A stretch of 64,000 nucleotides of DNA. It comes from an uncultured delta proteobacterium. Its GTDB lineage: Bacteria > Myxococcota_A > Polyangia > Fen-1088. A model generated the notes under the pieces. It was given only the letters and a program-made list of their open reading frames with translations. It ran no database searches and was not told the DNA's origin. Below, one piece after another: positions 1 to 9,081 of the stretch (position 1 is the first letter of the stretch; each line of letters opens with the position of its first letter). The stretch is taken from NCBI GenBank assembly GCA_963737265.1, contig CAVTRY010000022.1, positions 96,001-160,000 on the forward strand. Direction: 5' to 3'. The translations under genes and the position numbers were made by a program.

Positions 1-1162
1 GTTCGTCGAAGATTTCCTTGTACGGGAACGGAATGAGCGACATCTCGTCGCGGCCGATGGCCATCTCGTCGGTGTCGGTGCGCAAGATAAAGAACGACAC
101 CAGATCGACGTTGGGGTCGAGGCGCAAGATGGAACGCAGAAAGCGTTCGTTCCACGAGGGACGGCCGCACACGTGCAACACGCGCACGCGATCGCGAATC
201 ACCTTGAGCGTGAACATCTGGCTGTTGTTGCTGTCGAGCGCCTCGCCGGCCAGCACGGGCGTCTTGATCTCGAACACGTAGTTGCCCGGGTGATCCGGGG
301 TGAAATCGAAGACGACGCGTTCCTGCGGCGATTCGTCGCGCAGAAGCACGGCCTTGGCATCGATCAAGCGCCCGTCGCGTAGCAGCGATACTTCCACCAT
401 CCGGCCACCCAAGCCACTGTGGCGGAGGATGGCTTCCAGCTTGACCGGCGTGCGCACGAAGGCGAAGTCGTCGGCCAGCACGGCGGCAACGGAAAGGTCG
501 CGCAGCTCCTTTTCGCCCACGAGAACGGTGTGCACCGGCGCGCCCAGCGCTGCGAGCGTCTTGCGTGTATCGGCGTCGAGGGGTCCGCGGCCGATGCGGC
601 CGGTATCGATACCGTCGGAGACGAGCACCACCGCGCCGAGATCGCGACCCGCGAAGCGCCCGTGCAGCTCGGACAAGGCCTCGCCGATGCGCGTAGCCTC
701 GGCCTTGGGCGGAACCGGCAGGGCGGCGCGCGAGGCCGGCGCGAGAACCTCGCCGAAGGTATAGAACTCCACCTTGTGGCCGCTGCTCTCCCACGCGGCC
801 AGCGTGGGCGCCGCGCGGGCGAGCAAATTGGCGGCGCGTTCGGATCGTGCCCCGCCGCGGTCGGGGGCCGTCACGCTCATCGAGCGCGAGGCGTCCACGA
901 GCACGGCCACGTGGTTGGGAACGACGCTGACCTGACCGAACTCAAGCTTGGGTTGCAAGGCCACCATGAGACAGGCGCCGACGGCAACCAAACGCATGGC
1001 GAGCAGTGCAAGCGCCCGGCCCCGCCGCCGTTCGCGCCACAGAGAAAACGCCGAGAGCGCGACGGCCAACACGGCGGCCGCGACGATGAACGCGCAGGCG
1101 GTTCGCCCAAGCTGGGTGCCGAACGCCAGGCGCCAATCGGTCATGAGCCGAAGGTGATTCAC
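1..1162 (-). CDS. Membrane protein with VWA-like MIDAS motif and glutamine-amidotransferase-like domain (truncated by window edge)
   Basis: Hand-translated. GTG at 1162 overlaps the upstream stop; two TM segments, then VAVLVDASRSM (DxSxS); later VLHVCGRPSWNERFLRS...DLVSFFILRT. Typical neighbour of DUF4159 genes. Confidence 0.7.
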   Translation of the reverse strand, partial: MNHLRLMTDWRLAFGTQLGRTACAFIVAAAVLAVALSAFSLWRERRRGRALALLAMRLVAVGACLMVALQPKLEFGQVSVVPNHVAVLVDASRSMSVTAPDRGGARSERAANLLARAAPTLAAWESSGHKVEFYTFGEVLAPASRAALPVPPKAEATRIGEALSELHGRFAGRDLGAVVLVSDGIDTGRIGRGPLDADTRKTLAALGAPVHTVLVGEKELRDLSVAAVLADDFAFVRTPVKLEAILRHSGLGGRMVEVSLLRDGRLIDAKAVLLRDESPQERVVFDFTPDHPGNYVFEIKTPVLAGEALDSNNSQMFTLKVIRDRVRVLHVCGRPSWNERFLRSILRLDPNVDLVSFFILRTDTDEMAIGRDEMSLIPFPYKEIFDE

Positions 1163-1932
1163 GGGCGCGCTCTCCGCGTGCGCATGATGAAGTCGATGTG
1201 CGCCTGCTCGGTCTTGTAGTCGAGGCAGAACGCGTACATCACCACGTTCACGGCGAAGCGAAAGGCGCGCTCGCGCTGGTCTTCGCCGCCTGGAACCACG
1301 TCGTGCTCCCAGCGCCCGAAGCCATCGCGCGCCAGGGCGCCGCACAGGTCGTTTTGGGTGTAGATGACGGCCAAGCGACGGTCGCGCTCGACACATTCCA
1401 AGATGGGCGAGGCGAGCAGCCGGCCAGGCACGTCGTGCAGAATGTAGAAGGATTTCCACAGCACGTGGTCGTCGGGCACGCGTTTGGGAATGTCGCCGGG
1501 CAGAACCCGGGCGAGCAGCTTGCGCACCGATTCGTCGAAAGCGCCGCCCGCGCGTCCTTCGGCCGAGTCGATGAGCAGGCAGCCGCCAAAGGTGAGGTAG
1601 CGGCGCAGGCGCACGACATCGGAATCGGAAGGCATGGCGAAGCCGCGGTCGCCGGACAGCAAGCACAGCGGATAGCGGAAAAGATCCAGGCTGGCGAGCG
1701 GCAGGTCGAGCGGATCTGGAATCGTCACCAGGCTGGTTCGCCGCTCTACCTCCCACGCCAGACGGCGCAGGGCCGTGGGACGCGGGTCGGGTAGATCGGC
1801 AAAGCGCAGGCGCACCAAGCGCAGTTTGGAGAGATCGCCGAGGGCGAGCGCGCGGCGGGCGACGAACAGCAAGCCGGCGGAGGCAAGTCCGGTCAAAAAC
1901 CTCCGCCGGGCGAGCAGCCCTGGGCTGGCCAT
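1159..1932 (-). CDS. DUF4159 domain protein with Tat-like signal
   Basis: RRRFL twin-arginine-like N-terminus; LFRYP, LRRYLTFGG, NDLCGAL, LDYKTEQAH motifs. Confidence 0.8.
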   Translation of the reverse strand: MASPGLLARRRFLTGLASAGLLFVARRALALGDLSKLRLVRLRFADLPDPRPTALRRLAWEVERRTSLVTIPDPLDLPLASLDLFRYPLCLLSGDRGFAMPSDSDVVRLRRYLTFGGCLLIDSAEGRAGGAFDESVRKLLARVLPGDIPKRVPDDHVLWKSFYILHDVPGRLLASPILECVERDRRLAVIYTQNDLCGALARDGFGRWEHDVVPGGEDQRERAFRFAVNVVMYAFCLDYKTEQAHIDFIMRTRRARP

Positions 1933-2037
1933 GCCGCACTCGGCGATGCGGCGCGCCGCAAGCCCATCGACCGCATTGTTGTCAATCGATCGCCGCGCTG
2001 GCAAACGGTTCGCGCTCATCCGATACTAGCGCCTGTC

Positions 2038-2838
2038 ATGAGGTACCTGTCTAGGTCGTTCATCGCCCTGAGTATGATGGTTGTTGTTTCGGCTGTCGCG
2101 CCCAACCCTGCGCGTGCCCAAGAAACCGCCGCCGGTGCGGCGGCGCCCGCTGCGGCGCCCGTGCCAGCCGAACCTGCAGCGCTGCCCGAGGCCGCGCCCG
2201 CAACAAGCGAGGATGGGGCCGCGCCCAAGAAAAGAAAACGGGCGGCGCCCGTGGCGGCAGCCCCGGCCGAGGCTGGCGAGATGCACGCGACTTTCGGCGG
2301 CCCGGCCGAAATGAACCACCGGCTGCAAACCGGGCTGTCCGTCATGCCAGGCACGGGTTACCGGTTGATCGTTCCTTACAAAGAAGGCCAAAAATGCGGT
2401 GACTCCTCGGGCGTCGATAATAAACGGGTTTGCGCCCACAGCGTCCCCGCGTTCTTGGACTTCCAACTTTCCTTCGGCGCGGGCTCGCGGGTAGACCTCA
2501 TCGCCGACATCCGCTTTGGCTTGCAGAGCGATCCCGCGATATCCGGCGCGGGCAGCCACCAGTTCGCGCTGGCACCTGGGTTGCGATTCTGGCTCGATCA
2601 GGAGGTGGCGTTGAAGTTCTACACCACCCTTCAGTTCGTCTACGACTACACCGACTTCTCCGCTTCCGGGACGGGCATCAGCAGCAGCGATGTGGGCGTG
2701 CGCAACGCCAACGGCCTCATGTACGATCCCATCCGCAACGTGGGCTTCTTCGTGCAATTCGGTGAAACCATCGGATTTATGCGCTGGTTCCGCATCGATT
2801 TGGACGTGGGGCTGGGCGCCCAAATCCGCTTTCCGTAG
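2038..2838 (+). CDS. Secreted/outer-membrane beta-barrel-like hypothetical protein
   Basis: Signal peptide, Ala/Pro linker, amphipathic beta strands, ends in QIRFP. Confidence 0.6.
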   Translation: MRYLSRSFIALSMMVVVSAVAPNPARAQETAAGAAAPAAAPVPAEPAALPEAAPATSEDGAAPKKRKRAAPVAAAPAEAGEMHATFGGPAEMNHRLQTGLSVMPGTGYRLIVPYKEGQKCGDSSGVDNKRVCAHSVPAFLDFQLSFGAGSRVDLIADIRFGLQSDPAISGAGSHQFALAPGLRFWLDQEVALKFYTTLQFVYDYTDFSASGTGISSSDVGVRNANGLMYDPIRNVGFFVQFGETIGFMRWFRIDLDVGLGAQIRFP

Positions 2839-2839
2839 C

Positions 2840-3451
2840 TCACTCGGTGGCGGCGACGGGGCGCGCACGGCGCTTGCGGTACATCTTGATGGCGATGAAA
2901 AGAGCGGCAATCGCCACCAAGAAAAGAATGCCGTACTCGGAACGCCTGGCCCATTTGATGACGTAATCGATGTTATCGCCGAAGAACCACGCCAGGTACA
3001 CCAGGGCGGGAACCGAAAGCAGGGCAGCCATCGCATCGTAGACGATGAAGACGTAGGGCCGGACGTGCAACATGCCCGCGGACAGGAAAATGGAAAAACG
3101 CAGACCGGGCAAGAATCGGGCGATGAAGACTACCTTGCTGCCGTATTTGCGGAAGTAGGCGCGCACGCGAAGCTGCCGGCGCGGGGTAAAGTAGCGATGA
3201 CCGAACCGGGTTGCGAGCAGGCGGGTGCCGAACAGGCGCCCCATGGTGAAGGCCATGCTGTCGCCCCCGAGCACCGCGGCAAAGCAAACCAGGAACACGG
3301 TGTGAAGATCGACGGTTCCTCGGTGGGCCAGGTAGCCCGCCGAGATGAGCGAAATGTCTTCGGGAATAGGCAGGCCAAGACCGCAAAGCAGGAGGATTGC
3401 CGCCAGCTTGGCGTAGACATGCGACGTGAGATAACCGAGCAGTGACTCCAT
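2840..3451 (-). CDS. dedA: DedA/SNARE-associated family membrane protein
   Basis: GLPIPED, GDSMAFTMGR and ARFLPGLR motifs. Confidence 0.9.
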   Translation of the reverse strand: MESLLGYLTSHVYAKLAAILLLCGLGLPIPEDISLISAGYLAHRGTVDLHTVFLVCFAAVLGGDSMAFTMGRLFGTRLLATRFGHRYFTPRRQLRVRAYFRKYGSKVVFIARFLPGLRFSIFLSAGMLHVRPYVFIVYDAMAALLSVPALVYLAWFFGDNIDYVIKWARRSEYGILFLVAIAALFIAIKMYRKRRARPVAATE

Positions 3452-3529
3452 TCGAACCAACTCGTGGCCACATCCCATAGCACGGATTCGCATCCTGGGC
3501 GGGATCCCGTGATACTCTCTCGACGGCGA

Positions 3530-4108
3530 GGGTGCCTCCCTGAAACGGGGGCCCCAGCCGGGGGCTCGGTGAGGTAGCAACTTCTGGCGGAGTGCCGCCG
3601 AAAACGCAGATATGGAACAGCGAGGAACGGAGAAACAGAGACAGGATGACTTTACTGGGCAAATTATCGCCGCCTGCATCGAAGTCCACCGTCACCTCGG
3701 TCCCGGGCTGCTTGAGTCGGCCTACGAGCACTGCCTGGCGCGCGAGCTAGGCCTGCGTGGATTTCGCACGCAACGTCAGGTCGCGATTCCTCTGCAGTAC
3801 AAAGGCATTGACCTCGACTGCGGCTATCGCCTCGACCTCATGGTGGAAGGCCGTTTGGTCGTCGAAGTCAAGGCGGTAGAGCAGTTGCTTCCTGTCCACT
3901 TGGCACAGGTCATTACCTATCTCAAGCTCCTACGACTGCCGGTGGGCCTGCTCGTCAATTTCCACGTCCCCGTACTTCGCGAGGGTCTCCGCCGCCTCGT
4001 CAACCCAACCCGTGATTCCTCTGGTCCTCCGTTCCTCCCTGTTTTTCCCTCCGATCCCACCTGCGCGGGGCGAGGTGAAGCCCCAGCCCCCATTTCAGGG
4101 AAGCACCC
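3530..4108 (+). mobile_element. 579-bp TIR-bounded element (MITE/IS-like) carrying GxxExxY ORF, copy 1
   Basis: TIRs GGGTGCCTCCCTGAAACGGGGGC (3530-3552) and 4086-4108 match at 21/23. Direct repeat CGACGGCGA at 3521-3529 and 4109-4117. Near-identical copy at 46591-47169. Confidence 0.93.
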
Positions 4109-4367
4109 CGACGGCGACTGGCCATTGACAGCGGGGCGAGACCGCCTTAGAAGCCAGTCAGAAAGCCATGCAAATGAAAAACTACCAGTGGACGCTAGGA
4201 TTTTTCGTGGCCGCGCTTTTCGTGGCCACCCCGGCATGCAAGCCCGAGTACCCGGCTTGCGAAACCGACAAGGACTGCAAGAGCAAGGAATTTTGCGTAG
4301 CCCGCAAGTGCCAGCAGTGTCGCGACAGCAACGACTGCGGCGAGGGCCGCGAGTGCAGCAACGGTAA
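3612..4367 (+). CDS. GxxExxY protein (PD-(D/E)XK nuclease family); ORF reads through the element end
   Basis: LGPGLLESAYE, YRLDLMVE..VVEVKAV, QVITYLK, GLLVNF motifs. Conserved domain ends near 4004; no in-frame stop inside the element. Confidence 0.9.
   Translation: MEQRGTEKQRQDDFTGQIIAACIEVHRHLGPGLLESAYEHCLARELGLRGFRTQRQVAIPLQYKGIDLDCGYRLDLMVEGRLVVEVKAVEQLLPVHLAQVITYLKLLRLPVGLLVNFHVPVLREGLRRLVNPTRDSSGPPFLPVFPSDPTCAGRGEAPAPISGKHPDGDWPLTAGRDRLRSQSESHANEKLPVDARIFRGRAFRGHPGMQARVPGLRNRQGLQEQGILRSPQVPAVSRQQRLRRGPRVQQR
4125..4153 (+). promoter_or_regulatory. Possible sigma-70 promoter for pal-cpoB
   Basis: TTGACA-17 bp-TAGAAG just upstream of the ATG at 4168/4174. Confidence 0.45.
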
Positions 4368-4926
4368 GTGCAACGCCATCCCCGGCTTCTGCAGGGACAG
4401 CTCGCAATGCCGCGTCGGCGAGGTCTGCGCGGCCAACCGCTGCGGTCCCTGCCAGGCGGATAGCGAATGCCCCGCCGGCTCCATCTGCAACGCCGGCCTG
4501 TGCGGGAAAGCCCAGTGCAAGAAGGACGACGACTGCCCGCAGGACATGGATTGCAAGAAGGGTCGCTGCGTGGGGAGCGCGAAGAAGCCGGAAGCCGGAC
4601 CTCCCTGCCCGCTCGAATCGGTGTACTTCGGCTTCAATCTTTCTTCGATCACCACCGACGGCAGCAATGCTCTGTCCAAGAACGCCGCTTGTCTTAAGAA
4701 GACCGGAAGGTCCATCGATCTGACCGGTCACGCCGACCCGCGCGGCACCACCGAGTACAACATGGCGCTCTCGGATCGCCGTGCGCAGGCCGTGCGCGAC
4801 TACCTTCGCCGCGCTGGGATCGATAGCACCCGGCTGCGTCCTGTGCCGCGCGGATCCCTCGATGCAACCGGCACCGACGAGTCGGGCTGGGCACGAGATC
4901 GCCGCGTCGACTCGGAATGGAAGTAG
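4168..4926 (+). CDS. pal: OmpA/Pal-family lipoprotein with Cys-rich repeats
   Basis: Lipobox PAC; about five C-x5-C-x5-C-x4-C repeats; GHADPRGTTEYNMALSDRRA and RRVD OmpA motifs; adjacent to cpoB. Confidence 0.85.
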   Translation: MQMKNYQWTLGFFVAALFVATPACKPEYPACETDKDCKSKEFCVARKCQQCRDSNDCGEGRECSNGKCNAIPGFCRDSSQCRVGEVCAANRCGPCQADSECPAGSICNAGLCGKAQCKKDDDCPQDMDCKKGRCVGSAKKPEAGPPCPLESVYFGFNLSSITTDGSNALSKNAACLKKTGRSIDLTGHADPRGTTEYNMALSDRRAQAVRDYLRRAGIDSTRLRPVPRGSLDATGTDESGWARDRRVDSEWK

Positions 4927-4928
4927 GC

Positions 4929-5726
4929 GTGCGGATTCCAGCAGCGTTCGCCCTGCTGGGCATCACCCTGGTCGGTTGCGTAACCACCGGCCAGGGCGAC
5001 AAGATGAATGCCGACATCGCCAATCTGCGCAAGCGACTGGACGATCTCGACGAACGCGACAAGGACATCAACCAGAAGGTCGCCCAGCTTCGCTCCGTGC
5101 TCGACGAGGCAACGGCATTGCTCGGGCGTAATTCCGCCGATCTCGGCACCAAGGTGGCCAAGAACGAAACCGACATCGCCACCATGACCGGCAAGATCGA
5201 AGAAGCCACCCACCTGGTGGACGAGCTGCAGAAGCAGGTAACGTCGGCGTCGAGCAAACTGGGCTCGCTGGAACAGAACCAGCAGCGCATTGTCGATCGC
5301 GTGGCGCCTACCATGCCCGAGGATAAGGAGGCATTGTGGAAGGAAGCCCAAAAACGCCTGGCCGACGGGCAGCGCGATGAGGCTCGTCGATTCCTGCGGT
5401 CATTCATCCAACGTTTTCCCGACGACCCACGCGCGCCGCAGGGATTGCTCCAGGTAGGAATCTCGTTCACGCAAGAGCTCAAGCACAGCAACGCTGTCGC
5501 CGAGTTCTCGAACCTGATTCAGCGCTTTCCGCGCGCGCCCGAGGTTCCCGAGGCCATGTGGCAGCTCGCCGAATCGTTCGTGGTGCTCAAATTCTGCGGC
5601 GACGCCAAGGCGATGTATCAAGACCTCGCCAGGCGCTATCCCAGGTCTCCACGCGCCGCCAGGGCCAAGGAGCGTCTGCACGATGTGCAGAAGATCGCCA
5701 AGGACAAGAACCTGTGCACGAGCTGA
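4929..5726 (+). CDS. cpoB: Tol-Pal system TPR protein CpoB/YbgF-like
   Basis: Lipoprotein signal, coiled coil, TPRs (IQRFP..P.AP); directly after pal. Confidence 0.8.
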   Translation: MRIPAAFALLGITLVGCVTTGQGDKMNADIANLRKRLDDLDERDKDINQKVAQLRSVLDEATALLGRNSADLGTKVAKNETDIATMTGKIEEATHLVDELQKQVTSASSKLGSLEQNQQRIVDRVAPTMPEDKEALWKEAQKRLADGQRDEARRFLRSFIQRFPDDPRAPQGLLQVGISFTQELKHSNAVAEFSNLIQRFPRAPEVPEAMWQLAESFVVLKFCGDAKAMYQDLARRYPRSPRAARAKERLHDVQKIAKDKNLCTS

Positions 5727-5736
5727 AGCCTCGCTC

Positions 5737-6576
5737 TTACATGCCGAAAAGCTCTAGCACCTTGCCGAAGCGCCCGCTGACGGCTTGGCAAACGCGCTGC
5801 TCTAGCTCGGTATCCACCCCCAGTTTGTGGAACGACGCCGAGTGATCCTCGGGATAGGGCGGCGTCTGAGTCACGGGCTCGATGGTCTTGGCCAGCACGT
5901 CGGCCACGCACACGACATGACAGACCAGCGGGTGCTCTTCCGTCGGCGTGTGGTGGTACTGGACGCCGAGGGCGATGATATTGGGCAAGCCCCAGTGGCG
6001 CGCGATGAGCCCGCCGAGCTCGGCGTGGTTCACTTCCAAGATCTCCATCTCGGCTTGCAGAGGATTGCAGTGACCTTCTTCCTGGGCGCGCTGCAAGTAC
6101 GACAGCAGGTCGGGATCGAGGAAACGCGCGAGCACCAGTTTGCCGATGTCGTGCAGAAGCGCTGCCGCGTAGGCTTCGGGCGGGATCCGCGCCTTGCCCA
6201 TGGCGCCCAGCGACTCTGCCACGAGCGCGGCCGCCACCGAATGGCGCCAAAGCACGTTTTCCGCCAAGCCGAATTCCGGCACAGCCTGTTGTAGATTCTG
6301 CCGAACCTTGGGCCCGAACCCAAGCGTAAGCATGGTGCTGCGGCCGAGCCGAACCACGGCGTCTTTGACCGTCGTGATGGGCGAGCGCGCCGCGCTGGCG
6401 GCGGAGTTGGCCGCGCGCAGGGCCCGTCCGGTCAGGGCCTGATCGAGGCTGACGACCTCGGTGATGCTTTCGAGGGTGGAATCGGGGTCGGCGACGAGAC
6501 TGGCCAGTTTCGTCCCGCTCATGGGTATCGGCTCGAGATCGTAGGCCTTGGCAATGAGCTGGTGTAGGTCGAGCAC
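5737..6576 (-). CDS. HDOD domain protein
   Basis: DQALTGRALRAANS, WRHS, LLHDIGKL, HAELG, HH motifs. Confidence 0.9.
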   Translation of the reverse strand: MLDLHQLIAKAYDLEPIPMSGTKLASLVADPDSTLESITEVVSLDQALTGRALRAANSAASAARSPITTVKDAVVRLGRSTMLTLGFGPKVRQNLQQAVPEFGLAENVLWRHSVAAALVAESLGAMGKARIPPEAYAAALLHDIGKLVLARFLDPDLLSYLQRAQEEGHCNPLQAEMEILEVNHAELGGLIARHWGLPNIIALGVQYHHTPTEEHPLVCHVVCVADVLAKTIEPVTQTPPYPEDHSASFHKLGVDTELEQRVCQAVSGRFGKVLELFGM

Positions 6577-6599
6577 GATGGTCCTCGCGGGCCCAAATT

Positions 6600-7895
6600 C
6601 TAGGGCAGTGGTTCCTCACATTCGGTACGCACCAGATCATCGACGGTTTCGCGCCGGGAAATAAGGGTGGCCTGGCCGCCATCCCACAGAATCTGCGGCG
6701 CGCGACCCTGCGAGACATAGTTCGAGCTCATGGACGCGCCGTAAGCGCCAGCATCGTGGAGCACCAGCAGGTCGCCCGGCTCCGGGCACGGCAGCATGCG
6801 GGGGTCGAGAAGCTCGTGCTCGTCGCGCGTGAACACATCGCCGCTTTCGCACAGCGGGCCGGCGACAATCAGCGGCTCGGGATTGCGCTCGGCGCCCTGG
6901 CCGACGATGGAGATGTGGTGGTAAGCGCCGTACATCGCCGGACGCACGAGGTCGCAGAAACCGGCGTCGACCATGACGAAGCGATGGCCCGGGCCTTTTT
7001 CGTTGCTCTGCGTGCTTTTGATGTCGTGCACCCGGCTCACTAGAATGCCCATGCCGGCGACGGGATAGCGGCCTGGTTCTATTTCCACCCGCACCGGGCG
7101 ACCGCGCAGGGCCGCGAAGCGGAGCGCGGCGTCTGCCAGCACGGGCCTGAGCCAATCGAGGTTGTACGGCTCGCGGCCGGGTCGGTACGGATGGGGGATG
7201 CCGCCGCCAAAGTTGACCGCCTCCACGTCGGGAAAGGCCGGCAAAAGCCCGGCGAAGAAGTCCACCAGCTTGCGCGCGTTGCCGTCGAATTCGCGCGGAT
7301 CGGGTCCGGTGCCGATGTGCGCGTGCAAGGCGACGATCTTGAGGCCAGCCACGGCTACCTGCCTGCTTGCCTCGGCGAGGGTCGGATCCTGGTGCCAAAT
7401 GCCGTGTTTCGACGACGGGCCGCCGGTGTCGCACGACTGCACGTGGCCGTGACCGAAGCCAGGGTTGGCGCGCATGGCGATAGGACCGCGGTAGCCGGCC
7501 TCGGCAAGCTGCCCAATCTGCGCGGGCGATCCCACGTTGGGCATGGCTCCGTTTTCAAGCACGACCCGCAACGCATTGTCGCGGTACACGTCCGCCGTAA
7601 GCATTACAACCGGCGGGTTGGCACCCATCGCGAAGCCCGCGCGTGCCGCGCGCAAAACTTCGTTGCCGCTGACGGCGTCGATCCACAGGCCCGCATCGCG
7701 CACGATGCGCAGAACCTTGTGCGAGGAGTTAGCCTTCATCGCGTAGCGAACCACCAGATTCGGGCCGCTCGCCATCGCGACCAGCCGCTCCAAAGCCGCG
7801 CGCAAAATTCCCGCGTCGTACAGATAAAAGGGCGTGCCGACCTGGGACGCGATTTTGTCGAGCGGCAGTGAGCGCAGATAGGTGTCGAGTGGCAT
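6600..7895 (-). CDS. lysA: Diaminopimelate decarboxylase
   Basis: YAMKAN (PLP lysine), HIGTG, EPGR, GPLCESGD, GAYG motifs. Confidence 0.93.
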   Translation of the reverse strand: MPLDTYLRSLPLDKIASQVGTPFYLYDAGILRAALERLVAMASGPNLVVRYAMKANSSHKVLRIVRDAGLWIDAVSGNEVLRAARAGFAMGANPPVVMLTADVYRDNALRVVLENGAMPNVGSPAQIGQLAEAGYRGPIAMRANPGFGHGHVQSCDTGGPSSKHGIWHQDPTLAEASRQVAVAGLKIVALHAHIGTGPDPREFDGNARKLVDFFAGLLPAFPDVEAVNFGGGIPHPYRPGREPYNLDWLRPVLADAALRFAALRGRPVRVEIEPGRYPVAGMGILVSRVHDIKSTQSNEKGPGHRFVMVDAGFCDLVRPAMYGAYHHISIVGQGAERNPEPLIVAGPLCESGDVFTRDEHELLDPRMLPCPEPGDLLVLHDAGAYGASMSSNYVSQGRAPQILWDGGQATLISRRETVDDLVRTECEEPLP

Positions 7896-8060
7896 CGGAA
7901 GCGGCCATCATAATCGATCGTTGCGCGTCTTGCCTACCGTCGCGCGCCAAGCGCAGCTGCAACCTCCAGGCCCATGCCCGGGGCGCGAGAAAACCTTGTG
8001 AGAAACTTGGCTAACTGCTTTCAGCCCGGACAGCGGAAACTGCTATGCTTCGCCGCCAAG

Positions 8061-8810
8061 ATGACTGCAACGAAGCACGATCGAACAGCATGGTTCAAAG
8101 GTGGTTCCGCCAACTGCCAGGTAACGCTGGCCCCAGGCGCGCGCGCGTTCAGATTGGTACTGCTGGGCGCCCCCGGCGTCGGCAAGGGAACGCAAGCCGA
8201 GCTCATCAGCGAACGCCTTGGCCCCTGCCACCTGTCGACCGGCGACGTGTTTCGCGCGGCCAAGACGCTGGACCCGAGCGAACGGACGCCCGCGCTCACG
8301 GCGGCCCTCGACTTCATGAAGCGCGGCGCGCTTGTGCCCGACGAAACCGTGATCGGGATCGTGCGCGAGCGTCCCAATTGCCTGCGCTGTCCCGGCGGAT
8401 TCCTGCTCGACGGCTTCCCGCGCACGGTGCACCAGGCCGAGGCCTTGGACGACATGCTCAAGGATCTCACCATGAAGCTGGATGCGGTGCTCAGCTACGA
8501 TTTGCCTATCGATCAAATCGTGTCGCGTCTGTCGGGCCGTCGCACCTGCGGCGGCTGCAAGGCCGTGTACCACGTGACCACCAAGCCGCCCAAGGTGGCC
8601 GACGTGTGCGATCAGTGCGGCGGCAAGCTGATCCTGCGCGAAGACGACCGGCCCGAGGCGATTCGCGTGCGTATGGAGGCCTACGAGAAAAGCACCGCGC
8701 CCCTGGCCGACTACTACCGTCAGCGCGGCCTGCTGGTTTCCATCCCGGCCGAAGGCTCGCCCGAGGACATCTATAAGCGCACCGCGGCGGCGCTGGCCGC
8801 ACGCCCGTAG
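8061..8810 (+). CDS. adk: Adenylate kinase (Zn-type LID)
   Basis: GAPGVGKGTQ, HLSTGD, LLDGFPRT; CGGC/CDQC LID. Confidence 0.95.
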   Translation: MTATKHDRTAWFKGGSANCQVTLAPGARAFRLVLLGAPGVGKGTQAELISERLGPCHLSTGDVFRAAKTLDPSERTPALTAALDFMKRGALVPDETVIGIVRERPNCLRCPGGFLLDGFPRTVHQAEALDDMLKDLTMKLDAVLSYDLPIDQIVSRLSGRRTCGGCKAVYHVTTKPPKVADVCDQCGGKLILREDDRPEAIRVRMEAYEKSTAPLADYYRQRGLLVSIPAEGSPEDIYKRTAAALAARP

Positions 8811-9081
8811 CGCGCTCGGTCCGGGTCAAGATCGGCAAATTCGGTCTATTTGACTCGGCAATTGGTCGGCGCTGTTATCCGCCCGCGCATTGCGGGATCT
8901 GCACGAATCGCGCAGGATCGCTCGGCGTTTGTCGATTGCTCGACGCCTTCGTCGTGCTATGACTAAAGTGTCTTTTAGGATGCTAAATTCCGTCATTCGT
9001 AAACCAGACTAGGCGACTCATCTTTCAGTAGCCCTGCCGCAGCAAGCGTTCTACCCTCCGGACGAAGATCGGAGCCCCGCC

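Noticed and set aside
4258-4570. Cys-rich repeats in Pal as a novel feature
   Set aside because: Such repeats are common in myxobacterial lipoproteins, so they are not distinctive.
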